NCBI GenBank assembly: GCA_934277545.1
Contig: CAKQUG010000005.1
Coordinates: forward strand, 33,588-97,587
Length of the DNA stretch: 64,000 nt
Direction of reading: 5' to 3'
DNA from: an uncultured Alphaproteobacteria bacterium
GTDB lineage: Bacteria; Pseudomonadota; Alphaproteobacteria; RF32; CAG-239
The position numbers and the translations under genes are program-made. Shown piece after piece: positions 28,155 through 38,379 of this stretch. How positions within the stretch are numbered: the stretch's first letter is position 1; every line of letters begins with the position of its first letter. Under the pieces are notes generated by a model. That model did not search any database. It had not been told where the DNA came from and worked only from the letters and a program-made list of their open reading frames with translations.

Positions 28155-29087
28155 TTACCGTAAAAACTTTATAACCTCCAGGGCGGCTTTGGCGCCGGAG
28201 CCGGCGGCGATTACAGCTTGATGATGTTCCGGTTCGCAAACATCACCTGCCGCGAACACTCCTTTTATATTGGTAGAACAGCCGTTTGCGCCTGTAACTA
28301 TATATCCTCCCGAGGTCAAATTAAGATAATTACGGAATAACTCTGTATTCGGATGATGCCCTATTGCCACAAATAAGCCAACCACATACAGTGTTTTTCG
28401 CATATCTGTTTTAACGTTGCGAATTTTTAATCCGGTAACCGAAAGCGGCTCATCTGTTCCTAAAACTTCTTCAATCACATTGTTCCAAACCAACACAATT
28501 TTACGATTTTGCAATATGCGTTGTTGCAAAACAGAATCTGCTCGCAGCGAATGACGTCTATGAATTAAATATACCTTATCCGTAAACGCCGATAAATAAA
28601 GCGCTTCTTCCGCCGCTGTGTTACCGCCGCCCACCACAGCCACTTCTTTTCCGCGATAGAAAAAGCCGTCGCAAGTGGCGCAAGACGAAACTCCGTGCCC
28701 CATATATTTTTGCTCACTCGGTAACCCCAGCCAATTTACCGATGAACCTGTCGCCACGATTATAGCTTTAGACTGATAAGAATTTCCGCCGATGGAACTG
28801 CAAGTAAACGGATGGTCAAAAAAATCGACTTCCGATATAATATCATCAACCATGGCTACACCGCGCGCCTCGGCCTGCCGGCGCATTTTTTCCATTAGTT
28901 CAAAACCCGCCAATGTTTCAACAAATCCGGGGTAATTATCAACTTCGCTTGATAAAATGAGCTGTCCTCCTTTTTGATTTCCGGCAACTATTAAAGCCTT
29001 AAGCCCTGCTCTAGCCGCATAAATTCCGGCCGTATACCCCGCAGGTCCCGACCCGATAATTAAAACGTCCGCTTTATATTCAGCCAT
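28155..29087 (-). CDS. trxB: Thioredoxin reductase
   Basis: 310 aa. FAD site IIGSGPAGYTAG, redox-active CATCDGFFY, NADPH site VVGGGNTA. Confidence 0.93.
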   Translation of the reverse strand: MAEYKADVLIIGSGPAGYTAGIYAARAGLKALIVAGNQKGGQLILSSEVDNYPGFVETLAGFELMEKMRRQAEARGVAMVDDIISEVDFFDHPFTCSSIGGNSYQSKAIIVATGSSVNWLGLPSEQKYMGHGVSSCATCDGFFYRGKEVAVVGGGNTAAEEALYLSAFTDKVYLIHRRHSLRADSVLQQRILQNRKIVLVWNNVIEEVLGTDEPLSVTGLKIRNVKTDMRKTLYVVGLFVAIGHHPNTELFRNYLNLTSGGYIVTGANGCSTNIKGVFAAGDVCEPEHHQAVIAAGSGAKAALEVIKFLR

Positions 29088-29217
29088 ATTTTCTCCTTTT
29101 TTCTAATTAAATAAGCCCATTTTCTAATTTTACAATGCTGTTAATTTTTGTCCAAAAACAGACTGGACTTTTTTAAAAATCCGCTTTATAATATAATAAA
29201 TTTAAAAGGTGTTGTTA

Positions 29218-31034
29218 AAATGAAAAAAGAATATGAAGATTTTTTGCTAAGCGAATATAAAAACAGTAATTTTGAACCGTTTAAAATTTCTTTGGGAAAA
29301 TATGATTTTTTTGTTCCTGTTGCGTATGCGACCGGCAACTATGATTACAGCGCTTTTGAACAAGCACTTTTCAGTCAATACCTTAAAAATCAAGCTGCCG
29401 AAATTGCAAAATACAGCAAAGACGGCGTACGAAAAATTCCGACTTTACGTTTTAAGGACAGGATTATAGTCAAACCTTACAGCTTGAGAAATTTGCAAGA
29501 TGATGAAGCTAAATTGAAAGTTGTAGAAAATATTTATGCCCGCTATAAAAAAGCGGTTCGTCTGACAATGCTGTTAAACAATGCCAACCCTGACAACTCC
29601 TTAAAAATCAGAGTAGACACAGATAATATGAAAAGGCTGAATAAAGCCTATAATCAATATCTGGCACAAAAATTCAAAGACAAAGCGCTGGTTTCCGCGG
29701 CAAAAATGAGTGATTTTACCAAGCAGGGCGGAACTATTCTTTATAACACTTTCAAAGTGTTAACCGCTCCAGTTTTCAAAAACATGAGCGATAAATATTT
29801 AAAACGCCTTGAACACATCAAAAAAATTTTTGAGAAAAATCATAAAAGAATTGGGGCTGTTTTGGGTGCCGCCACATTATGCGCTTTTTTATCGCTTAGT
29901 GTTTATAAATGCGCGAATCCTAAAAAAGAACGTAAATCCGACATTATTGAAGCGGGGATTGCGCCCGATAAAACATTAAAAAACATATCTGACGCCGTAA
30001 TTTATTATAAGCACGCAGCAAAAAAAAATAACACCTCCAAAGCAAAACAAAATACCGCTGCTAAAACTATCGGCTTTGAAACTCTGGACGAAAACGTACA
30101 AGAAGCGTTAACCGCTCAGGGTTTGGGCAAAGATCAATTAAACGATGTGCAAAAGCACAATTTAGCCGCCTTTATAAATACGCAGCAGGATTTCAGAACT
30201 TTTGTAGCGTTTGCCGAAAATTTTCATTCCGCCACCTACGATGACAATAAAGGATTTTTAACAATCGGTTACGGCTGCACAAATTATTTGGATGAAAAAG
30301 GAAATCCGCTGGAAAAACGCGGAATTAAAGGCAAAATGTCGGCTTTTGTGCAAAAAGGTCAATACATCACGCAACGACAGGCCATGCAACAGGTTGACAG
30401 AGCCTCTTATTTTTATCTGCTACCGAAAATTTTAAAAAATGTAAAAGTAAAGCTGAACAATACCAAAATGTTTGTAACCAAAAACTTTGCTTTTGTAGCC
30501 AATAACGAATTCGGAGATTCGGAATTTGTAAAAGCCTTAAATGAAAATAAACCAAACAACCATTTAAGCCGCTGTTTGGCACTGTGGAAAGTCGACGCCG
30601 GAATTTCCAAAAGGTTTTTTGTTCTGCACATGATTTTGAACAATTACATTACTGCGGATGAAATAAAAACTTTTAAACCAGCCGGATGCTATAATTTGCA
30701 GATTGACCAGTGCTTGGTTTGCCATAAAAATCCAGACGGTTCAACTAAAATGAAAAAAACTCCGGTGGTAACTACTGAAATTAAAAACGGAAAAAAGAAA
30801 AAAATAAGACGCTTTAAAAACCGCCCGGTGTATAAAATACAAAACGGTATGCCACAATTTTATTGCAAACAACAAGCTATAGATGAAGCAGTCGCTTTAA
30901 TGAAAGCCGAACCTGATGAAAAGTGCGTGGCGCAAATTGTACCTTTGGAAAAGAAACAAACAAAATACCTGAGCGAAAACACCCCTAAAGTAAACCTCGT
31001 GAAGGTTAAACAAAACAAAAATGCTCGCAGCTGA
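29218..31034 (+). CDS. Membrane-anchored protein with a GH24 (T4/lambda-type) lysozyme domain and an unknown N-terminal domain
   Basis: About 605 aa from ATG 29218, after AAGGTG. One central transmembrane helix (IGAVLGAATLCAFLSLSVY). Downstream of it lies the GH24 catalytic motif FAENFHSATYDDNKGFLTIGYGCT, which aligns to T4 lysozyme E11/D20/T26 ([21 protein letters not shown]), and then QQVD...RCLALW as in T4L. The C-terminal tail is very basic and rich in Cys. The N-terminal roughly 230 aa have no recognizable family. Confidence 0.7.
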
Positions 31035-31113
31035 CAAAAAAAACACTTGCTTTTATTATGAAATGTTTTAGAGTGGTTTCCGCTGATATAAAAATTTTTA
31101 AGGAGAATAAAAT

Positions 31114-31353
31114 ATGCCTTCAGTAGTAAATAACAACTGTGTTAAATGCGGCACTTGCGCCTCGGTTTGCCCTGTAAGCGCTTTTCATGTTAGCGATGAA
31201 CAGTATGTTGTAGACCCGGATACCTGCATTGACTGCGGCGTTTGCATTTCCGAATGCCCGCAAAGCGCTATTTGCAGTGATGCCGAAGCTGACGAAGCTG
31301 CTATAAAATTCAACGCCGAACAGGCTAAAGTTTGCCCAAACGCAAATGACTGA
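31114..31353 (+). CDS. 2[4Fe-4S] ferredoxin
   Basis: 79 aa with two CxxCxxCxxxCP motifs: CVKCGTCASVCP and CIDCGVCISECP. Confidence 0.88.
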   Translation: MPSVVNNNCVKCGTCASVCPVSAFHVSDEQYVVDPDTCIDCGVCISECPQSAICSDAEADEAAIKFNAEQAKVCPNAND

Positions 31354-31375
31354 TTTGTTTAGCAAATAGGCTTTA

Positions 31376-31405
31376 GCTCAGGAGTTTGGCTCCTGAGTTT
31401 TTTTG
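31376..31405 (+). terminator. Rho-independent terminator after the ferredoxin gene
   Basis: Hairpin gctcaggag-tttgg-ctcctgag followed by TTTTTTTT. Confidence 0.8.
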
Positions 31406-31425
31406 TATAACAAGGAAAATAAAAT

Positions 31426-32175
31426 ATGCTGCCGCCCTATACTTCCGATTATCTTTTAGACAAGAAAGTTAAAATTTTTCAGCCTGTTGACGGTTACCGC
31501 GCTTCAACCGACGCCGTATTACTGGCAGCTTTTACGACAAGTTTTAAAAATGGAAAAATTTTGGATGTCGGCTCGGGAACCGGTGCGGTATCACTGTGTT
31601 TGGCAAAACGTTTTGAAAATAACGATATTGATATTTTGGGCTTGGAACTTCAGCCGGAATTAGCGGAATTGTCTACATTCAGCGCCAGAGAAAACGGCTT
31701 TGACAGCCTGCATTACCAAAACGCCGATATTCGTTTGGGAACAAAAGAAAACAACCTTGTTCCCTGCTCGTTTGACGCCGTGGTTACAAACCCTCCGTAC
31801 AGCGAACATGACTTACCGTCTCCCAACAAAAGCAAAGCGGCTGCCCATAACCACAGCGGCTTTGACTTACGGCAATGGCTTGAGTTCTGCCTGAAAATGA
31901 CAAAGCCGTTTGGTAAAATATATATGGTTAACCGCGCCGAAGCGCTGCCGCAAATATGCAGCATTCTATACGGCAAAGCCGGTAATCTTCAAATTTTACC
32001 GGTTTATTCAAAAGAAGGGCAAACCGCAAAACGAGTTTTAGTCTCGGCGCAAAAAGACTCCAAAGCACCGTGCCGCCTTCTGCCTCCGTTTATCACACAT
32101 TCAGAAAGCGGCGCCTACAGCGAAGCGGCGCAAAAAATTTTACGCTCCGGCTTGGGCTTTGAGGACATTATTTAA
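31426..32175 (+). CDS. N6-adenine-type SAM methyltransferase, TrmN6/YfiC-like (tRNA m6A37)
   Basis: 249 aa. Motif I ILDVGSGTGAVSL and the N6-adenine motif VVTNPPY. Confidence 0.65.
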   Translation: MLPPYTSDYLLDKKVKIFQPVDGYRASTDAVLLAAFTTSFKNGKILDVGSGTGAVSLCLAKRFENNDIDILGLELQPELAELSTFSARENGFDSLHYQNADIRLGTKENNLVPCSFDAVVTNPPYSEHDLPSPNKSKAAAHNHSGFDLRQWLEFCLKMTKPFGKIYMVNRAEALPQICSILYGKAGNLQILPVYSKEGQTAKRVLVSAQKDSKAPCRLLPPFITHSESGAYSEAAQKILRSGLGFEDII

Positions 32176-32236
32176 GATAGTCTTTACTTTTTAAAGCTAA
32201 AGTATTATTATAACGGCTAACAGAAAGGCTTTTTTT

Positions 32237-33313
32237 ATGTTTAAATATCTTTTGTTTGTATTTTCTCTTTGCTATGCTTTTACGGCAAAAGCCGATGTGA
32301 GCGAATTTGTGTTTCCCGAATATTTAGATGATGAAGCCTATGAGCAGTGCTATAAACTAACTCATAACAGCGATGAGTGCGCCAAAGAAGAAAGCCAACG
32401 CATTTTGCGAGACATAAAAATTTCATATAAAAATTTGCTGGCCGACAGCAGATTAAACGATTGGAACGGCTCTGTAGATAAAAATAAAGATATGCTGCGC
32501 GATATGTATGAAAGCTGGACGGCTTACCGCAACCGCGTCTGCTCGCTGAATGTTCCGGTCTCAAAATATATTGCGCCGTTGGTAGACCCGAAAATTTCTT
32601 GCACCTTATATCAAAACTTTATGCAAAAAGATTATTTAGGAAATATCCTGCATAATCTAAACATAAAAAATCCGCGTAACCCATATCCCGAAAGACTGAT
32701 TAACGCCGACGGAGGCAACAGATATTTGGAAGTAGATCACGATGCTGAATATAAATCATGCGTTGCCGAAAAAAAGCCGCAGGATGAATGTCTTAAGGCA
32801 GAAATCGAGCGCACAACAAAATATATTAAAGATGATTTAGCCACTATTTTAACCATTCCGACCATTGCAAAATGGAACAACGGTCCGGATATTAAAAACG
32901 GCAATATCCGCGATATGTTTGATAGCTGGGTAGCATACCGCAACCGCGTTTGCTCGCTGAACGCCTATGTGCAAAAAATTGCGAATCCGCAAAAACCGGT
33001 GTCTTTTGATTACTGCATACAATATTATAATGAAAACTTTGCCGCTTTGCTGGATTTATATTTGAAAAACGCCAACTCCGTTTTGGATGAAGATATGTAT
33101 GGCACAGACAACGAACCGGAAGAAGGCGGCGCGGAAGAAGGCCGTTCCATAACTCCGCTGAAACGCCGCATTGTTACCGACTTGGATAATTCGGTTGTCT
33201 CCACCGCCACAGAAGATGAAGACGGCGAAGCAGCTCTGCAGGCCGAAACAGTAAGTGCCCCGGAAACCACTGATAAACGCGGCAGACAGTTGCCTTCTTG
33301 GGCGACAAGATAA
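32237..33313 (+). CDS. Secreted protein with two tandem DUF1311 (LprI-like lysozyme inhibitor N-terminal domain) repeats and an acidic tail
   Basis: 358 aa. Signal peptide MFKYLLFVFSLCYAFTAKA. Two units of about 137 aa each carry the pattern C..(x)..C ... W.AYRNRVCSLN ... C (ESWTAYRNRVCSLN and DSWVAYRNRVCSLN). The duplication is visible at the DNA level: 32501-32560 versus 32912-32972. The C-terminal roughly 80 aa are acidic. Confidence 0.6.
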   Translation: MFKYLLFVFSLCYAFTAKADVSEFVFPEYLDDEAYEQCYKLTHNSDECAKEESQRILRDIKISYKNLLADSRLNDWNGSVDKNKDMLRDMYESWTAYRNRVCSLNVPVSKYIAPLVDPKISCTLYQNFMQKDYLGNILHNLNIKNPRNPYPERLINADGGNRYLEVDHDAEYKSCVAEKKPQDECLKAEIERTTKYIKDDLATILTIPTIAKWNNGPDIKNGNIRDMFDSWVAYRNRVCSLNAYVQKIANPQKPVSFDYCIQYYNENFAALLDLYLKNANSVLDEDMYGTDNEPEEGGAEEGRSITPLKRRIVTDLDNSVVSTATEDEDGEAALQAETVSAPETTDKRGRQLPSWATR

Positions 33314-33434
33314 TCTTCATTTAATAAGTTTTTAATAAATATACATACCTGTATGTATAAAAAAAATATTGAAGTTTTTTGATTTTGTTTTATACATACC
33401 ATTTGGTATAATATAATTCAAAGGTGTATCCGCA

Positions 33435-34070
33435 ATGCGCAGAACAAAAGAAGATGCTGAACAAACCAGGCAGGCGATATTAGAATCGGCTATGGATATT
33501 TTTTATGAAAAAGGCTACTCTAAAACCACTTTTGATGAAATAGCCAAACGCATAAATTTAACTAAAGGCGCAGTTTATTGGTATTTTCGCAACAAGCCGG
33601 ATATTGTCGCGGCACTAATCAACGAATTTGTGCAAAAACATATTAAGCGACTTGAAGATTTTCGTAATGGAAAAAAAGAAGAAGATTTGAATGTTTTGGC
33701 AGATATGATGCTGCTTGCTTATCATTACATGAAAGAGAATCCGCTGGAATACAAGTTTATCTTTTTTATTACCTGTCAAATGGAATGGAGTGAAGCTATT
33801 TTGGTGAAAATCCGCCCTTTGGTGGAAAAGACCAAAGTAGTTTCCCGTAAAATTATGATTGACACGTTATGCGAGCTTAAAGAAAATAAAAAAATAAGAG
33901 CCGATGTTGATGTTGAAAGTATTACGGAAATTTTGCAAGCTCTTTGGATGGGGCTTTTAGAAAACTATTTGGCAAAACGGATGACTTTGGATTTTGAAAA
34001 AACAGTCAGACAAGGATTTAATTTAATTTTTAACAGTATAAAAACGGAAGGTGTAAACAATGAAAATTAG
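33435..34070 (+). CDS. TetR/AcrR-family transcriptional repressor
   Basis: 211 aa. The N-terminal HTH is ILESAMDIFYEKGYSKTTFDEIAKRINLTKGAVYWYF. It sits immediately upstream of the RND efflux genes. Confidence 0.88.
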   Translation: MRRTKEDAEQTRQAILESAMDIFYEKGYSKTTFDEIAKRINLTKGAVYWYFRNKPDIVAALINEFVQKHIKRLEDFRNGKKEEDLNVLADMMLLAYHYMKENPLEYKFIFFITCQMEWSEAILVKIRPLVEKTKVVSRKIMIDTLCELKENKKIRADVDVESITEILQALWMGLLENYLAKRMTLDFEKTVRQGFNLIFNSIKTEGVNNEN

Positions 34071-35235
34071 TTCTCCAAACATTAAAGGAGCTGTTGTTAG
34101 AATTGCAATCTTATTGGTTTGCATTTCTATCGGCTGGTATTTAAAAGGTCGTTTATCTCCATCTGCTCAAGGAATGGGCTATGGCATGGGTGAAGTTTAT
34201 GTTTTGGCGCAAAAAAGCGAAACAAAAGATATTACGTCCGCCCAAACCAAAATTTCGTATGTTGAAACAATTAACGAAGTAAACATTTTGCCGCAAGTTA
34301 CCGGCACGGTGGAAAAGGTATTGTTTCAAGAAGGAAAGTTTGTAAACGAAGGCGATGTTTTGTTTGAAATAGACCCTTCAAAATATCAGGCCGCCTATGA
34401 TTTGGCTAAGGCTCGTTTGGACAGCGCCAAAGCAAATTTGGTACGCGCTGAACGCGACTATAATCGTCAAGTGAAATTAAGCCGTGAAAAATTTGCCTCT
34501 AAAGCAACTTTTGATTCGTCAGAAAGCACTTATTTACAAGCTAAAGCCGCAGTTGAAGAAGCTCAAGCCAACTTAGATGTCGCTAAAATTGATTTGGATA
34601 ATACAAAAGTAACAGCGCCAATCAGCGGACGTATCGGTAAAGCCTTGGTAACTAAAGGTAACTATGTTGTTGCCTCTAATCAGGTATTGGCAAAAATCGT
34701 GCAAATCAGCCCGATGAGAATTTCCTTTTCTTTGACCGATAAAGAAGTTCTACAAGTAAAAAAATTGGGACACAAGGCTGAAGATTTAACCGCCCGCATC
34801 ACTTTGGCTGACGGAGAGGTTATTGATGAAAAAGTTGTCGACAAATTCTTAAACAATGAAATCAACTCGGCCACTGCCACTGTTTCTATTTTTGTTGATG
34901 TAGACAATTCCGACCAAAAATTGATTCCGGGCAACTATGTTCAGTCGGCTATTTTGACCGGTAAACCGACATATTCTGTTGTGGTTCCGCAATCTGCTTT
35001 GAACTACGACACAGACGGAGCTTTTGTTTATATTGCTAAAATTGATGAAAGTAAGAGCAAAGAAAACGACTTGCATGGTGTGGCAGAACAAAGACGCGTT
35101 GTTTTGGGCGACCCGATTAACGAAAACGAACAAATCATTATCAATGGTTTGAACGAAGGCGAAATGATTGTGGTTTCCGGCACTGTAAAAATTCAAAACA
35201 ATTCTCCGATTAAAATTGGCGTTTTAGAGAAATAA
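34060..35235 (+). CDS. RND efflux periplasmic adaptor (membrane fusion protein, AcrA/MexA-like)
   Basis: 391 aa. An N-terminal anchor, coiled-coil hairpin and lipoyl/beta-barrel domains (VTAPISGRIGKALVTKGNYV). Confidence 0.88.
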   Translation: MKISSPNIKGAVVRIAILLVCISIGWYLKGRLSPSAQGMGYGMGEVYVLAQKSETKDITSAQTKISYVETINEVNILPQVTGTVEKVLFQEGKFVNEGDVLFEIDPSKYQAAYDLAKARLDSAKANLVRAERDYNRQVKLSREKFASKATFDSSESTYLQAKAAVEEAQANLDVAKIDLDNTKVTAPISGRIGKALVTKGNYVVASNQVLAKIVQISPMRISFSLTDKEVLQVKKLGHKAEDLTARITLADGEVIDEKVVDKFLNNEINSATATVSIFVDVDNSDQKLIPGNYVQSAILTGKPTYSVVVPQSALNYDTDGAFVYIAKIDESKSKENDLHGVAEQRRVVLGDPINENEQIIINGLNEGEMIVVSGTVKIQNNSPIKIGVLEK

Positions 35236-35253
35236 AAATAGGATAAAAGAAAA

Positions 35254-38200
35254 ATGTTTTCTAAGTTTTTTATTGAAAGACCTCGTTTTGCCGTAGTAAT
35301 CGCTATTGTTATGGCGTTGGCGGGCTTGGTTTCCGTATTTACGATGCCTATCGGCATGTATCCGGAGATTGCACCTCCGGAAATTCGCGTATCAACCGTA
35401 TACGTCGGCGCCAGTGCCGAAACTGTGGCTAAAAACGTTGGTATTCCGCTGGAAAAGAACATTAACGGTATTGAAAATATGCTGTATATGTCGTCTTCTT
35501 CTTATAACTCCGGTGCTTATCAGCTTTCTATTGCCTTTGAAACCGGTACAGACCCTGATTTGGACCAAGTAAAAGTGCAAAACCGCGTACAGCAGGCTTT
35601 AAGCTCTTTGCCGTCTGAAGTGCAAACCTATGGTGTAACCGTGGAACGCCGTTCTTCAGATATTTTGGCGTTTATGCAAGTAACATCTCCTAAAGGAACA
35701 TACGACAGTAACTACTTAAACAACTATGTTGAAAATAATATTAAAATTGCTTTGAGCCGTGCATACGGTGTGGGCGAAGTTAATATTATGGGTTCGGCAA
35801 CAAGTATGCGTGTATGGATTGACGCTGACAAAGTGGCCGCTTTAAACATTCCGATTTCGGCCATTAAAGCCGCCATTACCAGCCAAAACGTTCAACCTTC
35901 TTTAGGTTCTATCGGTTCGGCTCCGGGGGACGGCAAACAGGTTTTGGTATATTCATTGGAAACTCAAGGCCGTTTGAACGACCCGAAAGATTTTGAAAAT
36001 ATCATTGTGCGCACGGCCGAAGAAGGCGGATTGGTTCGCCTGAAAGATATTGCCCGCGTAGAACTGGGTTCGGAAGACTATTTGATGAACTCAACCGTTG
36101 ACGGACAGCCGGCTGTGTCTATTATGATTAACAAATCATCTGGCGCCAATTCCATTAACGCCATGAAAGCCGTTCGCGCTGAACTGGCTAAATTGGAACG
36201 TTTTTATCCGGAAGATTTGGAAGTAAAAATCTTTAAAGATACGACCGAATTCATTTCTGCCTCTATTGAAGAAGTGTTCTTCACATTGTTTTTGACATTC
36301 TTGTTGGTGGTTTTGGTTTGCTACGTCTTTTTACAAGACTGGCGCGCAACTTTGGTGCCGTCAATAGCTATTCCGGTGTCTATTTTAGCCACTTTTGCCA
36401 TGATGAAAACTCTGGGATTTAACTTAAACATTTTGACCTTGTTCGGTTTGGTGCTGGCTATTGGTCTGGTGGTTGATGATGCCATCGTGGTGGTGGAACG
36501 TACACTAGCCCTGATGCAAGAAGAAAAACTGAAAGCCAAAGAGGCGGCCATAAAAGCAATGAGCCAGGTTTCCAGCGCCGTTGTAGCCACAACTTTGGTA
36601 TTGCTGGCAATTTTCGTACCAATCGCCTTCATGGGCGGTATTACCGGTAAGATTTATCAGCAATTTGCTATTACCATTGCCTTTGCCGTGGGTTTTTCTG
36701 CAGTAAACGCATTGACTCTGTCTCCGGCGCTGTCGGCAACATTTTTACGTCCGTTTGAACAAAAGGAAACAGGATTTTTGGGCTGGTTTAATCGTTTCAT
36801 TCAAGGAACAACCAATAAATATCTGGTTGCGGTCGGCTATATCGGACGAAAAGTAAGTGTGATTGTGTTTATGCTGTTGATTTTGTTTGCATTAAACGCT
36901 TTCTTTATCAAAATTACTCCGACATCATTTCTGCCTGACGAAGACCAAGGCATTATCATGGTGAACGTTCAATTACCTGAAGGTGCTTCAAATGTCAGAA
37001 CCAAGGCTGTAAATGAAAAAATGCTGGCCGCCATCAAAGATCATCCGGCGATTGAATCCGTGATGACAATGGAAGGTTTCAGCATTATGGCCGGTCAGGG
37101 CGAGAACGTGGGCTTTGCCGTTATTTCCTTGAAAAATTGGGCTGAACGTAAAGGCGATGATATGTATTCAACCAATGTTTTGCGCAACCTGATGGCAAGA
37201 GTTTCAAACTTTTCGGAAGCAAAGATTCAAATGTTTGAAATGCCGGCTATTCCGGGACTTGGTTCAACCAATGCTATGGACTTCAAAATTCAGGCGGTTG
37301 ATAATACAGATATGAAAGACTTGGAAAAAACGGTAAATGCGTTTACCCGTCAAGCGATGGCTTTGCCGCAAATTTCATTGGCTTATTCAACCTTTAACGC
37401 GCAAACACCGCACGCTTATATTGAAATTGACCGTGAAAAAGCCGAATCTTTGGGGGTTGCCGTGGGTAATATTTACAGCACGTTGCAAACCTATATAGGT
37501 TCTTCACATATCAATGATATTAACATCGGCACCCAGGTTAACAAAGTTAAAATCCAAGCTGATTGGAAATACCGTAAAGACCTTGACAGCTTGAACAAAA
37601 TCTATGTTCAAAGTGATAAAGGAGAAATGGTACCGCTGGGAAGTTTGATTAAGATGAAGACTGTTCTGCTGCCGCGTGGTATTGACCGTTATAACCAATA
37701 TCCGGCTGCAACCGTAAACGCAGTTGCCGCCAGCGGTTACAGTTCAGGTGAAGCTATGCAGGCTTTGGAAGATTTAGCCACCAAGACTTTGCCAAAAGGA
37801 TATACATACGCTTGGTCGGGTACCAGCTTACAAGAAAAAAACAACCAAGGACAAATTTTCTACATCATCGCATTTGCCGCTTTGTTTGCATATTTGTTCA
37901 TGGTGGCACAATATGAAAGCTGGATGATTCCGCTGGCCGTTATGCTGTCTGTTTTAACGGCTATGCTCGGCGCCACCTGCGGTTTGTTTGTAACCAATAT
38001 GTCATTGAGTATTTATGCCCAACTAGGTTTGGTGCTGCTGGTTGGTTTGGCCGCTAAAAACGCAATTTTGGTGGTAGAATTTGCCCGTGAGGCTCACCTG
38101 AAAGGCAAATCAATTTTGACATCGGCTTTGTATGGTACGCGTGAACGTTTCCGCGCCGTGCTGATGACCGCCTGCACATTTATTTTGGGTGTAGCTCCGT

Positions 38201-38379
38201 TGGTATGGGCTACAGGCGCATCGGCAGGAAGCCGTGTGGCTGTGGGCGTACCGGTGTTTACGGGTATGGTTGTCGGTACATTAGCCGGTTTGGTATTCAT
38301 TCCGTTAATGTATATCTTAATCCAAACCATTACCGACCGCAAAAAAGTGAAAGGTAAAAATGCAAAATCTAAGGATTAA
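35254..38379 (+). CDS. RND multidrug efflux permease (AcrB/MexB-like, HAE1)
   Basis: 1041 aa with 12 transmembrane helices and two large periplasmic loops. MFSKFFIERPRFAVVIAIVMALAG; the conserved TM4 region reads GLVVDDAIVVVE. Confidence 0.93.
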   Translation: MFSKFFIERPRFAVVIAIVMALAGLVSVFTMPIGMYPEIAPPEIRVSTVYVGASAETVAKNVGIPLEKNINGIENMLYMSSSSYNSGAYQLSIAFETGTDPDLDQVKVQNRVQQALSSLPSEVQTYGVTVERRSSDILAFMQVTSPKGTYDSNYLNNYVENNIKIALSRAYGVGEVNIMGSATSMRVWIDADKVAALNIPISAIKAAITSQNVQPSLGSIGSAPGDGKQVLVYSLETQGRLNDPKDFENIIVRTAEEGGLVRLKDIARVELGSEDYLMNSTVDGQPAVSIMINKSSGANSINAMKAVRAELAKLERFYPEDLEVKIFKDTTEFISASIEEVFFTLFLTFLLVVLVCYVFLQDWRATLVPSIAIPVSILATFAMMKTLGFNLNILTLFGLVLAIGLVVDDAIVVVERTLALMQEEKLKAKEAAIKAMSQVSSAVVATTLVLLAIFVPIAFMGGITGKIYQQFAITIAFAVGFSAVNALTLSPALSATFLRPFEQKETGFLGWFNRFIQGTTNKYLVAVGYIGRKVSVIVFMLLILFALNAFFIKITPTSFLPDEDQGIIMVNVQLPEGASNVRTKAVNEKMLAAIKDHPAIESVMTMEGFSIMAGQGENVGFAVISLKNWAERKGDDMYSTNVLRNLMARVSNFSEAKIQMFEMPAIPGLGSTNAMDFKIQAVDNTDMKDLEKTVNAFTRQAMALPQISLAYSTFNAQTPHAYIEIDREKAESLGVAVGNIYSTLQTYIGSSHINDINIGTQVNKVKIQADWKYRKDLDSLNKIYVQSDKGEMVPLGSLIKMKTVLLPRGIDRYNQYPAATVNAVAASGYSSGEAMQALEDLATKTLPKGYTYAWSGTSLQEKNNQGQIFYIIAFAALFAYLFMVAQYESWMIPLAVMLSVLTAMLGATCGLFVTNMSLSIYAQLGLVLLVGLAAKNAILVVEFAREAHLKGKSILTSALYGTRERFRAVLMTACTFILGVAPLVWATGASAGSRVAVGVPVFTGMVVGTLAGLVFIPLMYILIQTITDRKKVKGKNAKSKD

